From: an uncultured Acidobacteriota bacterium
GTDB taxonomy: Bacteria; Acidobacteriota; Thermoanaerobaculia; Multivoradales; UBA5704
Length of the DNA: 64,000 bases
Reading direction: 5' to 3'
NCBI GenBank assembly: GCA_963770895.1
Contig: CAVYRF010000001.1
Location: forward strand, 224,001 to 288,000
Shown here: positions 38,927 through 52,227 of the stretch, one piece after another
Layout: each line of letters opens with the position of its first letter
How positions within the stretch are numbered: the stretch's first letter is position 1
The notes under the pieces: generated by a model
The model's input: the letters and a program-made list of their open reading frames with translations, nothing else
Told to the model about the DNA's origin: nothing
The model's database searches: none
Program-made: the position numbers and the translations under genes

Positions 38927-38955
38927 TTGACCGACGTGCATGTTTATGCAAGACT
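38927..38955 (+). promoter_or_regulatory. arg operon promoter with overlapping ARG box
   Basis: TTGACC (38927)-N17-AAGACT; palindrome TGCAT-GTTT-ATGCA at 38937-38950. Confidence 0.75.
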
Positions 38956-38983
38956 ATGCGCATGATGAGCGAGGCCATGCCGG

Positions 38984-42141
<3,158 letters not shown>

Positions 42142-42145
<4 letters not shown>

Positions 42146-43599
42146 GTGTGACAGGCACCACCTCGCTCCCCCGGCCGGCGGCGCAGGCGGCTGCTGCACG
42201 CGCCGCCGCCGGCGACGTGGACAGCCAGGCGCGCGCAGGTGCGGCACCGCCGCCCGCGACGGTGCCGGTGATGGTGCTGGGCGGCAGCGGCTACGTGGCG
42301 GGAGAGGCGCTGCGGCTGCTCGCGGGGCATCCGCGCTTGACGGTTGCCGGCGTGCTTTCCGAAAGCCAGGGGGGCCAGCCGGTGGGTGAGGCCTTTCCAC
42401 ACCTGGCGGCTTGCTATCCCGACGTGCGTTTCACCGCCGCCGGCGACCTGGCGCGGCTGCTCGACGCTGCCGCGGCGCAGGCGGCGGCCGCGGATGCCTA
42501 TCAGTCCGCTCTCGCCGCCGGCTGCCGCTCCGCGGGCGCGCCGGCCCGGGCCGCAAAGCCGGTCGTGAGTGCCATCTGCGCGGCGCCGCACGGTGCCGCC
42601 GCGGCGCTGGTCGATCGGCTGTTGGAGGCAGCCGAACGGGCAGGCGTGTGCGTGCGGGTGGTGGACCTGTCGGCGGACTTCCGCTTCGCCACGGCCGGCG
42701 AATACGAACAGGTCTACGGCCACCCGCACGGTGCGCCGGGGCGGCTGGCGGAGTTCGGCTGCGCCCTGCCGGAGCACGCCGGCCTGGCGTTCGGCGGCGC
42801 CACCCGCTCAGTCTTTGGCAGCGCCGCGACGGGTCCGGCGTTTGACGGCACGGTTGCAGGTGCGGCGGCTGGCGGCGCGGCGGGTCTGGCATCCGGCGAT
42901 CTCGCGGTGGGTCCAGCGGTGGGCGCCCCAGCCGCGGGTCCCGTCCTGCCGGCCCATATCGGCCATCCCGGATGCTTTCCGACGTCGGTGCTGCTGGCGA
43001 CGGTGCCGCTGGTGCGCCTGGGGTGGATCGAACCCACGGTGCACGTGGTGGCGGTGACCGGCAGCACGGGCGCCGGGCGCACGCCGACGGCGACGACGCA
43101 CCACCCGGCGCGGCGCAGCAACCTGTTCGCGTACAGCCCGCTGACGCACCGCCACGAACCCGAGATGCGGGCCCTGGCCGCCGCGGCGTGCGGCCAGCCG
43201 GTGGCAATCCATTTTGTGCCGCAGGCGGGGCCGTTTGCGCGCGGCATCTATGCGACGCTGCAGGCGCGCCTGCAGCGGCCCGCGGCGGATTCTGCCGGCG
43301 GCGGGTCGCCGGCGGCGGCGGCGCGCGCCACAGCGGCCGAGATCACGGCCGCCCTGGCGGAGTTTTACGCCGGCTCGCCGTTTGTCGACGTGTTGAACGA
43401 CCCGCCGCGGCTGCAGGACGTGGTCGGCACCAACCGCTGCCGCATCGCCGTCGCCGTGGCGGGCGACCGCCTGGTGGCGTTCTCGGCGATCGATAATCTG
43501 ACCAAGGGGGCCGCGGGCGGCGGCATCCAATGGCTCAACCGGCTGCTCGGCTTCCCGGAAGCGACGGGTCTCCACCAGCCTGGGATCGGCTGGTTGTAA
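42142..43599 (+). CDS. argC: N-acetyl-gamma-glutamyl-phosphate reductase
   Basis: GGSGYVAGE, DLSADFR, HPGCFPT, TGSTGAG, IDNLTKGAAG; Ala/Gly-rich insertions. Confidence 0.93.
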
Positions 43600-43830
43600 G
43601 CAGATGCTCTCGCTGCCGTCGATCCCCGCCGCCTCGGCCGGCTTCGCCGCCTCGGCCGGTGCCGTCGATCCTGTCGATCCTGTCGATCCATGGCGCGCCG
43701 GCGCCGCTGCGCCCGCAGAGAACCCGGCGCCCGCCGGGACCCCGAAGACCCCGGCAATCGGCACCATGCATATAACCAGACCGCGGTCCTGGCCCCAGCC
43801 GGCGCCGCGCGCGAGAGGAGCGCAGGTTTC

Positions 43831-45111
43831 ATGATCGATACCGCCGCCGGCACGCCCGCCGCCACGCCGACCGCCGCACCCGCGGCCGGCACCACGCCCG
43901 CCGCCAGCGCCACGACCGCCGGCAGCGGTGCCAGCGCCGGCGGCGCTTCGGCCGCCGCCGCCGAGGCGCGCCACCTGCTGCACGTGTACGCGCAGATGCC
44001 GATCGAGCCGGTGTCGGGGCGCGGCGCCATGCTGCACACCCGCGACGGCAGGGAGCTGCTGGATTTCTACGGCGGCCACGCCGTGGCGCTGCTCGGCTAT
44101 GCCCACCCGCGGCTGGTGGCGGTGCTGGCTCGCCAGGCCGAAGAGCTGTTCTTTCAGAGCAACATCGTGCCCCTGGAGCTGCGCGCCCGTGCCGCCGACC
44201 GGCTGGTCGCCTTCGGCCCGCCCGGCCTCTCCAGCGTGTTCTTTGTCAACAGCGGCGCCGAGGCCAACGAGAACGCCCTGAAGCTCGCCATCCGCCATAC
44301 CGGCCGCGCCCACGTCATCGCGCTGCACGGCTCGTTCCACGGCCGCACCGCCGCCGCCGCCGCGGTGTCGCACGGCAGCGGCGACAGCGCCGTGTCGTGG
44401 TACGGCTTTCCGCGCGCGCCGTTCGACGTGACCTTCGTGCCGCGCGGCGACCTGGACGCGCTGGCCGCGGCGCTCGCCGCCGCACCCACCGCGGCGCTGA
44501 TCCTGGAACCGGTGCAGGGGCTGGGCGGCGCGGTGGCGCTGGGCGGCGACTACCTGGCGGCGGCGCGCCACCTGACGCGCGACGCCGGCGCGGCGCTGAT
44601 CTTCGACGAGGTGCAGTGCGGCATGGGGCGCACCGGCCAGCCCTTCGCGGCGCAGACCTGGGGCGTGACGCCCGACCTGCTGACCACCGCCAAGGGCATC
44701 GCCGGCGGCTTCCCGGCCGGCGCGGTGCTGGTGTCGCCCGAGATCGCCGCGCGCGTCCACCGCGGCGATCACGGCACCACCTTCGGCGGCGGGCCGATGG
44801 CCTGCGCGCTGATCGAGGCGGTGATCGCGACGATCGAAGAAGAAGGGCTGCTGGCGCGGGTGCGCACCCTGTCGCAGCGCATCCGCGAGACCTGCCAGGT
44901 CGGCCCGGTCGAAAGCATCCAGGGCGAGGGTTACCTGCTGGGCCTGCGCACCCGCACGCCGGCCAAGGACGTGGTGGCGGCGCTTCTGGCGCGCGGCATT
45001 CTCACCGGCACCTGCAACGATCCGGCGGTGGTGCGGCTGCTGCCGCCGCTGGTGCTGGCCCAGGAGCACGTCGACCGGCTGGCCGCGGCGCTCGCGGAGA
45101 TCCCCTCTTGA
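43831..45111 (+). CDS. argD: Acetylornithine aminotransferase
   Basis: NSGAEANE, FHGRT, EPVQG, DEVQCGMGRTG, AKGIAGG, HGTTFGG. Confidence 0.92.
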   Translation: MIDTAAGTPAATPTAAPAAGTTPAASATTAGSGASAGGASAAAAEARHLLHVYAQMPIEPVSGRGAMLHTRDGRELLDFYGGHAVALLGYAHPRLVAVLARQAEELFFQSNIVPLELRARAADRLVAFGPPGLSSVFFVNSGAEANENALKLAIRHTGRAHVIALHGSFHGRTAAAAAVSHGSGDSAVSWYGFPRAPFDVTFVPRGDLDALAAALAAAPTAALILEPVQGLGGAVALGGDYLAAARHLTRDAGAALIFDEVQCGMGRTGQPFAAQTWGVTPDLLTTAKGIAGGFPAGAVLVSPEIAARVHRGDHGTTFGGGPMACALIEAVIATIEEEGLLARVRTLSQRIRETCQVGPVESIQGEGYLLGLRTRTPAKDVVAALLARGILTGTCNDPAVVRLLPPLVLAQEHVDRLAAALAEIPS

Positions 45112-46187
45112 ACCAGCTGCTGTCGCTCGCCGACCTGACCGCCGCCCAGGTGCGCGAGCTGGTCGAGCTGGCCGGCCGCCTGGAGCGGCGGCCGCAGCCG
45201 CAGGCGCTGGCGGGCAAGGTGCTGGGCCTGCTGTTTTTCAACCCGTCGCTGCGCACCCTGGCGTCGTTTCAGGCCGGCATGTCGCGCCTGGGCGGCAGCA
45301 GCTTCGTCATCTCGCCCGGCCAGGGCAGCTGGCAGCTCGAAACGCGCACCGGGGTGGTGATGGACGGCGCCGCCGCCGAGCACGTGCGCGAGGCGATCCC
45401 GGTGTTGGCCGGCTACGCCGACGCGTTGGGCATCCGCGCCTTTGCCGGCGGCGAGGACCTGGCGGCGGACCTGGCCGACCAGCAGTTCAGCGCCATGGCC
45501 GCCCTCTGCCCGGTGCCGCTGATCAACCTGGAATCGGCCATCGACCATCCCTGCCAGGCGCTCGGCGATTGGAAGACCCTCGACGAGCTGGGGGTGCCGG
45601 CGGCCCCCGCCGGGCGCGGCCGGCTGGTGCTCAGCTGGGCCTGGCATCCGAAGCCGCTGCCGCTCGCCGTGCCCGCCGCCGTGGTCCACATGGCGGCGCA
45701 TCGCGGCATGGACGTGACGGTGCTGCGGCCGGCCGGCTTCGAGCTGCCCGAGCCGGTCATGGCGCGCGCGCACGCCGCCGCCGCGGCGTCCGGCGGCAGC
45801 GTGCGGCAGACCGCCGACCGCCAGGAAGCGATGGCCGGGGCGCACGTGATCTACGCCAAGTCGTGGGGGTCGCCGCGGCATTACGGCGCCGCGGCGGCCG
45901 CGGCCGAGGCCGAGCTGCGCGCCGGTCTGCGCGACTGGTGCGTCGACGAAAGCTGGTTCGCCGGCGCCGATCCCGGCTGCCGGTTCATGCACTGCCTGCC
46001 GGTGCGGCGCGGTGCGGTGGTGGCCGACCAGGTACTGGACGGCCCGCGCAGCGTCGTCGTCCGCCAGGCCCACAACCGCATGTGGGCGCAGATGGCGGTG
46101 CTGCACCGCCTGCTGCGCGCGGTGGGCGGCGACCGCCGGGCGGTCGGTTTTGGCGCCGCCGTCGCGGCCGCGGAGGAGGGGCGATGA
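45108..46187 (+). CDS. argF: N-acetylornithine carbamoyltransferase (AOTCase, ArgF')
   Basis: FFNPSLRT, AEHVRE, HPCQ, Pro-rich WAWHPKPLP loop, HCLPVRR; TTGA overlap with argD. Confidence 0.88.
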   Translation: MNQLLSLADLTAAQVRELVELAGRLERRPQPQALAGKVLGLLFFNPSLRTLASFQAGMSRLGGSSFVISPGQGSWQLETRTGVVMDGAAAEHVREAIPVLAGYADALGIRAFAGGEDLAADLADQQFSAMAALCPVPLINLESAIDHPCQALGDWKTLDELGVPAAPAGRGRLVLSWAWHPKPLPLAVPAAVVHMAAHRGMDVTVLRPAGFELPEPVMARAHAAAAASGGSVRQTADRQEAMAGAHVIYAKSWGSPRHYGAAAAAAEAELRAGLRDWCVDESWFAGADPGCRFMHCLPVRRGAVVADQVLDGPRSVVVRQAHNRMWAQMAVLHRLLRAVGGDRRAVGFGAAVAAAEEGR

Positions 46188-47176
46188 AGGACGTCGGGCA
46201 GCAGAGCGCGACCGTCGCGGCGTTGCGGCAGGCGATGCCGTACATCCGCATGTTCAAGGGCAAGACCTTCGTGCTCAAGATCGGCGGCACCGCCTTGGGC
46301 GACGCCGCCGCGGCGCTGGCGGTGATCGAGCAGGTCCAGGTGCTCCATCACGTCGGCATCCGCGTCGCCGTGGTGCACGGCGGCGGCCCGCAGTCGACCT
46401 CGCTGTCGCGCGCCCTGGGGGCCGAGCCGGTGTTCGTCGCCGGCCGCCGGGTCACCGACGACGGCGCGCTGGAGGTGGCGATCCTGACCCTCAACGGCGC
46501 GGTGAACACGCGCCTGCTGGCTGCCTGCCGCGCCGTGGCGCTGCCGGCGGTGGGCATCTCGGGCGTCGCGGCCGGTCTCATCCAGGCGCGCCGGCGGCCG
46601 CCGGCGGCGGCTCCGGGCGACGCCGCGGGCGGCGCCGCGGTCGATTGGGGTCACGTCGGCGACATCGTGAAGGTCGATCCGACGGTCGTCCAGACGCTGT
46701 TTGCCGCCGGCCTGGTGCCGGTGATCAGCCCGCTTGCCGCCGACGACAGCGGCGCCCTGCTCAACGTCAACGCCGACACCGCGGCCGCCGCCCTGGCGGT
46801 GGCGCTGGGGGCGGAAAAGCTGCTGCTGCTGACCGGCGCTCCGGGCATCCTGGAGCGTCAGGGCGATCCCGGATCGCTGGTGTCGCTGACCGACCTGGCC
46901 GGGCTTGCCGATCTGCGCCGGCGGGGGTGCCTGTCCGACGGCATGCTGCCCAAGGCGAGCAGCATCGAAGCGGCGCTGCGCGGCGGCGTCGGCCGCGTCC
47001 AGATCTTGGGCGCCGACCTGGCCGACGGGCTGCTGGCCGAGGTCTTCACCAACGAAGGGGTGGGGACCATGGTGGTCGCGGACGCCAGGGCGTCGGCGTT
47101 GCCCGGCGCCGCGCTTGCCGGGGCCGGCGCGCTCGCCGCTCCAGCCGCGCCGCCGCCGCAGGGAGCCGGGTCATGA
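46184..47176 (+). CDS. argB: Acetylglutamate kinase
   Basis: FVLKIGG, VHGGGPQ, GRRVTD, NVNAD, GMLPK; no C-terminal NAT domain. Confidence 0.93.
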   Translation: MKDVGQQSATVAALRQAMPYIRMFKGKTFVLKIGGTALGDAAAALAVIEQVQVLHHVGIRVAVVHGGGPQSTSLSRALGAEPVFVAGRRVTDDGALEVAILTLNGAVNTRLLAACRAVALPAVGISGVAAGLIQARRRPPAAAPGDAAGGAAVDWGHVGDIVKVDPTVVQTLFAAGLVPVISPLAADDSGALLNVNADTAAAALAVALGAEKLLLLTGAPGILERQGDPGSLVSLTDLAGLADLRRRGCLSDGMLPKASSIEAALRGGVGRVQILGADLADGLLAEVFTNEGVGTMVVADARASALPGAALAGAGALAAPAAPPPQGAGS

Positions 47177-48417
47177 TGCTGTCCGAGCGCGAGCTGCTGG
47201 CGCTGCACCGGGCGATCACCACGATCCGCTCGGTGTCGGGAGAAGAGGCCGAGCTGGCCGACTTCCTGGCCGCCTGGTGGCAGCGCCGCGGCATCGCCGC
47301 GCAGCGCCTGGGCAACAGCCTGCTGCTGATCGCACCGCCCGCCCCGGCGGCGGCGCCGGCAGGGGCCGCCGCCGGCACTGCCGCCGGCGGCGCGCCCAAG
47401 CCCCTGCTGCTGCTCGACAGCCACTTGGACACCGTGCCGCCGGGAGCGGGATGGACGCGCGATCCCTGGGACACCAGCCCGTCCGGCGGCGGTCTGCTCC
47501 ACGGCCTGGGAGCGAACGACGCCAAGGGGGCGGTGGTGGGGATGATCGCGGCGTTTGCGGCCTTCGCCCAGGTGGATCTGCCCTTCACCCTGGCGCTGGC
47601 CCTGGTGGAGGGGGAGGAGACGCGCGGCACCGGCACCCAGGAGGTGCTCGCCGAGCTGGCGCGCCAGGGGCGGACGCCGGCGGCGGCGGTGGTCGGCGAG
47701 CCCACCGGCCTGGACCTGGCGATCGCCCAGAAAGGCCTGCTGGTCCTGGAGCTGGCGGCGGCGGGCACGGCCTGCCACGCGGCGCACGCGCACGCCCTGG
47801 GCGCCGCCAACGCGGCGCGGCGGCTGGCGCACGACCTGGTGGCGCTCGAAGCGGTGGACCTGGGGCCGGCCCATCCGCACCTGGGCATGACGACGCTGGA
47901 ACCCACGGTGGTGCGCGCCGGCTCGGCCCGCAACGCCGTGCCCGGCGAGGCGACGGCCATCCTGGACGTGCGCACCACCCCCGCGCTGCCGCCGGCGGCG
48001 GTGGTCGAGCGCATCCGCGCCGCCGTCGCGGGTCAGGTGCGGGTGCTGTCGGAACGCCTGGTGCCGTGCGAGACGCCGGCGACGGCGGCGATCGTCGAAG
48101 CGGCGCGGCGAGTGCGCCCGGCGGCGCGCCTCTACGGTTCGGCAACCCTTTCGGACATGGTGTTCATGCAGGGCATACCGGCCATCAAGTGTGGACCCGG
48201 CGCCAGCGAGCGCTCGCACACCGCCGACGAATTCATCACCGAAGCCGAGGTGGTGGCGGGAGCGCGCTTCTACACGCGGCTGGTAGGCAGCTTCGCCGAA
48301 GTCCTCACCGGCCCCCAGGCCGCCGCCCTGACCGCGATCGCCGGCGGCGGGGTCGCCGCGCTGCACACCGCGGCGGCCCAGGGCGCGGCGGGCGTCCCCG
48401 GCGGCGGCGCGCGGTAG
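47173..48417 (+). CDS. argE: M20 deacetylase (acetylornithine/acetylcitrulline deacetylase)
   Basis: SHLDTV, GLGANDAKG, EGEE, VGEPT, GPG...SHTADE. Confidence 0.88.
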   Translation: MMLSERELLALHRAITTIRSVSGEEAELADFLAAWWQRRGIAAQRLGNSLLLIAPPAPAAAPAGAAAGTAAGGAPKPLLLLDSHLDTVPPGAGWTRDPWDTSPSGGGLLHGLGANDAKGAVVGMIAAFAAFAQVDLPFTLALALVEGEETRGTGTQEVLAELARQGRTPAAAVVGEPTGLDLAIAQKGLLVLELAAAGTACHAAHAHALGAANAARRLAHDLVALEAVDLGPAHPHLGMTTLEPTVVRAGSARNAVPGEATAILDVRTTPALPPAAVVERIRAAVAGQVRVLSERLVPCETPATAAIVEAARRVRPAARLYGSATLSDMVFMQGIPAIKCGPGASERSHTADEFITEAEVVAGARFYTRLVGSFAEVLTGPQAAALTAIAGGGVAALHTAAAQGAAGVPGGGAR

Positions 48418-48421
48418 CGTC

Positions 48422-49642
48422 ATGGCGCGGCTGTGGGAGCGTCAGGGTGCGGCGCCGCTCGACCAGCGGGTGCTGCGCTTCACCGCCGGCGAGGACCATC
48501 GCCTGGACGCCAGGCTGGTGCCGTACGACGTGCGCGCCTCGATCGCGCATGCCGAAATGTTGGGCGACGGCGGCCTGCTGCCGCCCGCCGACGTCGCCGC
48601 CATCCGCGACGGCCTGACCGCGCTCGCCGCCGCCCACGCCGCCGGCGAGTGGCAGATCGACCTGGCCGACGAGGACGTGCACACCGCGCTGGAAAGCCGC
48701 CTGACCGCGCGCATCGGCGCCGCTGGCGGCCGCCTGCACCTGGGCCGCTCGCGCAACGACCAAGTGCTGGCGGCACTACGCCTGTACCTGAAAGACGAGG
48801 TGGCGGCGCTCGCCGCCGGCGCGCAGGCGGTCGCCGCCGCGCTCGACCTCCTGGCGGCCCGCGAGGCGGCCACGGCGTTGCCCGGTTACACCCACATGCA
48901 GCCCGCCATGCCGAGCTCGGCGGCGCTCTGGGCGCAGGGCTTCGCCGCCGAGCTGCGCGACGACGCCCTGGGGCTCGGCGGCTGCCTGCGCCGCATCGAC
49001 AAGAACCCGTTGGGCTCCGCCGCCGGCTACGGCGTGCCGCTGCTGCCGATCGATCGCGAAGCGACGCGCCGCCGCCTGGGCTTTGCCGCCGTGCACGAGC
49101 CGGTCACCGCGGTGCAGCTGTCGCGCGGCAAGGCGGAGGCGCAGGTGCTCTTCGAGGCCGCCCTGACGGTGCAGGACCTGGGCCGCCTGGCCGCCGACCT
49201 GGTGCTGTGGAACAGCCGCGAGTTTGGCTTTGTCAGCCTGCCCGAGGCGATGACCACCGGCTCCTCGATCATGCCGCAGAAGCGCAACCCCGACGTCTTC
49301 GAGCTGGTGCGCGGCGCCGCCGCCACGGCGCAAGCCTGCCTGCTGGAAGCCCTGGCGGTGACCGCCAAGCTCCCCTCGGGCTACCACCGCGACCTGCAGC
49401 TGCTCAAGGCGCCGCTCTTCCGCGGCATCGACCTGGCCCGCGCCACCCTGGACATCATGGCCGCCGCCCTGGAAGGCGTCCGCTTCCACCCCGAGCACAT
49501 CCACCTGCCGCAGGAAATCTACGCCGCCGAATCCGCCTATCGCCTGGTCCTGGACCAGGGCCTGCCCTTCCGCGAAGCCTACCGCCGGGTGGCCGAGCAG
49601 CTGAAGGCCGGCGCCGCCCCGGACGGGCCGCCCAAAAGCTGA
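48422..49642 (+). CDS. argH: Argininosuccinate lyase
   Basis: EDVHT, GRSRNDQV, GYTHMQ, GSSIMPQKRNPD. Confidence 0.95.
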   Translation: MARLWERQGAAPLDQRVLRFTAGEDHRLDARLVPYDVRASIAHAEMLGDGGLLPPADVAAIRDGLTALAAAHAAGEWQIDLADEDVHTALESRLTARIGAAGGRLHLGRSRNDQVLAALRLYLKDEVAALAAGAQAVAAALDLLAAREAATALPGYTHMQPAMPSSAALWAQGFAAELRDDALGLGGCLRRIDKNPLGSAAGYGVPLLPIDREATRRRLGFAAVHEPVTAVQLSRGKAEAQVLFEAALTVQDLGRLAADLVLWNSREFGFVSLPEAMTTGSSIMPQKRNPDVFELVRGAAATAQACLLEALAVTAKLPSGYHRDLQLLKAPLFRGIDLARATLDIMAAALEGVRFHPEHIHLPQEIYAAESAYRLVLDQGLPFREAYRRVAEQLKAGAAPDGPPKS

Positions 49643-49667
49643 CCGGAAGGTGCCGAGGGGTGCCTCC

Positions 49668-50177
49668 CTATGGCGCGTTGTCTCCGTCGTCGGTCACCGC
49701 TCCGACGGCCGGGATTATCGAAGGGGGCGAAGGGGGCGAAGGGGGCGCCGCCTGCATCGCGGGCCGCCTGGCGTCGTAGGCGGCGCGCGCCGTGCTGACC
49801 GCCAGCCGGTTTTCGCGCGCCCAGCGCTCCAGGGCCTGGATGGGGTCGAGCAGGGTCGCGCCCATCGGGGTCAGCGCGTACTCCACCCGCGGCGGGATGG
49901 TCGAGAACTGGGTGCGGCTGACCAGCCCGTCGCGCTCCAGGCCGCGCAGGGTGGCGGTCAGCATGCGGTGGCTGATGCGGTCGATGCGCCGGCGCAGCTC
50001 GCTGAAGCGCAGCGTCCCCTGCTGGCTGAGGTGGAAGACCACCTGCACCGACCACTTGTCGCCGATGCGGTCCAGCACCTCCCGCACCGGGCAGACTTCT
50101 TTCAGCGCCGCTTTCAAGTTTGCGTCAATGGTTACCTGCGGTTTCCCGAGGCGCTCCAGAGTGCCTTGATTCCCCAT
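49668..50177 (-). CDS. HxlR-family winged-helix regulator
   Basis: CPVREVLDRIGDKWS, RFSEL, LERDGLV, PPRVEYALT; start uncertain. Confidence 0.9.
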   Translation of the reverse strand: MGNQGTLERLGKPQVTIDANLKAALKEVCPVREVLDRIGDKWSVQVVFHLSQQGTLRFSELRRRIDRISHRMLTATLRGLERDGLVSRTQFSTIPPRVEYALTPMGATLLDPIQALERWARENRLAVSTARAAYDARRPAMQAAPPSPPSPPSIIPAVGAVTDDGDNAP

Positions 50178-50223
50178 GGGCCTACAGTAGCAGAGATCGC
50201 GCCTTGGGAACCGTCAGGTAACC
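50130..50223. promoter_or_regulatory. Inverted repeat pair, probable HxlR operator
   Basis: GGTTACCTGCGGTTTCCC (50130-50147) vs GGGAACCGTCAGGTAACC (50206-50223). Confidence 0.5.
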
Positions 50224-50341
50224 ACCGCCGCCGCCTTGGGCTCCAGCGGCGGCAATGCGGATAGACTCCGCTGCTGGCGCGCTGGCGGTCGTCGGCGGCG
50301 GAATGCGGCGGGGGCGCGGGCTCCTGCCAGGGGGGTGGTGT

Positions 50342-51292
50342 TTGCGGATCGTGGTGGCCTTGGGCGGCAATGCGCTGTTGCGCCGCGGCCAGGAGCTGAC
50401 GGCGGACAACCAGCGGCGCAACGTGCGGCTGGCGGCGGAGGCGCTGGCGCCGCTGGCGCGGGAGCACCAGCTGGTGATCTCGCACGGCAACGGGCCGCAG
50501 GTGGGCCTGCTGGCTTTGCAAAGCGCGTCGTATACGCCGGTGCAGTCGTATCCGCTGGACGTGCTGGGCGCCCAGACCGAGGGCATGATCGGCTACATGA
50601 TCGAGCAGGAGCTGGGCAACATCCTGCCGTTCGAGCAGCCCTTTGCCACCATCCTGTCGATGGTCGAAGTGGACCCGGCGGACCCGGCGTTCGCCAATCC
50701 CACCAAGCCGATCGGTCCGTTCTACGACGAGGCGGAGGCGCGCCGCCTGGCGGCCGAAAAGGGCTGGACGATGGCGGCCGACGGCGACCGCTTGCGGCGG
50801 GTGGTGGCGTCGCCGCTGCCGCTGCGCATCTTCCAGATCCGCCCGGTGCGCTGGCTGCTGGAGCGGGGTTGTATCGTCATCTGCGCCGGCGGCGGCGGCA
50901 TCCCGACGATGTACGGCGCGGACGGCAAGCTCCATGGGGTGGAAGCGGTGGTGGACAAGGACCGGGCGGGGGCGCTGCTGGCGCGCGAGCTGGAGGCCGA
51001 CCTGTTCGTCATGGCGACCGACGCTCCGGCGGTGTTCCTGGATTGGGGCGCTCCCGGCCAGCGCGCCATCCGCCGGGCGCGGCCGGCCGACCTGGCGCGG
51101 CACTCGTTTGCCGTCGGCTCGATGGGTCCCAAGGTCGAGGCGGCGGTCGACTTTGCCACCCGCACCGGTCGCCGCGCCGCGATCGGCACCCTGACCGCCC
51201 TGGTGGAGATCGTGGCCGGCACCGCCGGCACCCAGATCTCGACCGCCATGGACGGGATCGAAACCGATCCCGGCGAGCCTCTCGGCCGCTGA
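50342..51292 (+). CDS. arcC: Carbamate kinase
   Basis: [52 protein letters not shown]. Confidence 0.95.
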   Translation: MRIVVALGGNALLRRGQELTADNQRRNVRLAAEALAPLAREHQLVISHGNGPQVGLLALQSASYTPVQSYPLDVLGAQTEGMIGYMIEQELGNILPFEQPFATILSMVEVDPADPAFANPTKPIGPFYDEAEARRLAAEKGWTMAADGDRLRRVVASPLPLRIFQIRPVRWLLERGCIVICAGGGGIPTMYGADGKLHGVEAVVDKDRAGALLARELEADLFVMATDAPAVFLDWGAPGQRAIRRARPADLARHSFAVGSMGPKVEAAVDFATRTGRRAAIGTLTALVEIVAGTAGTQISTAMDGIETDPGEPLGR

Positions 51293-52227
51293 TGCGCGCG
51301 AGCGGCAAGGTGCAGGTCGGCGACGACCGGTTGGAGCTCGACTGGATCGGCCCCGCGCCGGGGGCGGCGCCGACCCTGGTGTTTCTGCACGACGGCCTGG
51401 GGAGCGCCGGCACCTGGCGCGACGTGCCGGCGGCGCTCGCCGCGGCGACCGGCTGCGGCGCCCTGGTGTACAGCCGCGCCGGCTACGGCGGCTCGACGCC
51501 GCGGCCCGCGCCGTGGCCGGTGCGCTTCATGCACGACGAGGCGACCGTGACGCTGCCGCGCCTGCTGGCGGCCCTGGACGTGCGCGACGGCTTCCTGGTC
51601 GGCCACAGCGACGGCGCCTCGATCGCGCTGATCTACGCCGCGGACCGCGGCACCCGCGCCGCCGCCGCCGGCCCCGGACCTGGCCCCGGCCCCAACTCCG
51701 GCCCCGCCGGCGGGGGAGGCCGGGCCGGCGCCGCCGCCCAACCCTGGGAGTGGCGCCTGCGCGGCGTGATCCTGGAGGCGCCGCATGTGTTTGTCGAACC
51801 GGTCTGTGTGGATAGCATTGCCGCCATGGCCCACGGCTACCGGCGCGGCGACCTGGCCCAGCGCATGGCGCGCCGTCACGGCGCCAACGCCGACGCCTGC
51901 TTTGCCGCCTGGGTGGAGGTCTGGCTGCGGCCGGAGTTCCGTGCCTGGACGATCGAGGCGCTGCTGCCTTGGGTGAGCTGTCCGGTGCTGGCGATGCAGG
52001 GGGAGCAGGACGAATACGGCACCCTGGCGCAGCTGGCCGCCGTCGCCGCGCGCTGCGGCATCGTCGCGGTCGGGGCGGCCGGCGGCGCCGGCGCCAGCAG
52101 CGGCGCCGCTCCTGCCGCGGTGGCCCCCGAAACGCTGGTGCTGCCCGGCTGCGGCCACACGCCGCACCACCAGCAGCGGGATGCGGCGCTCGCCGCGATG
52201 GTCCGCTTCGTGGAGCGCTGGCTGTGA
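51292..52227 (+). CDS. Alpha/beta hydrolase
   Basis: FLHDGLGS, GHSDG nucleophile, QGEQDEYG, GHTPH. Confidence 0.9.
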   Translation: MRASGKVQVGDDRLELDWIGPAPGAAPTLVFLHDGLGSAGTWRDVPAALAAATGCGALVYSRAGYGGSTPRPAPWPVRFMHDEATVTLPRLLAALDVRDGFLVGHSDGASIALIYAADRGTRAAAAGPGPGPGPNSGPAGGGGRAGAAAQPWEWRLRGVILEAPHVFVEPVCVDSIAAMAHGYRRGDLAQRMARRHGANADACFAAWVEVWLRPEFRAWTIEALLPWVSCPVLAMQGEQDEYGTLAQLAAVAARCGIVAVGAAGGAGASSGAAPAAVAPETLVLPGCGHTPHHQQRDAALAAMVRFVERWL

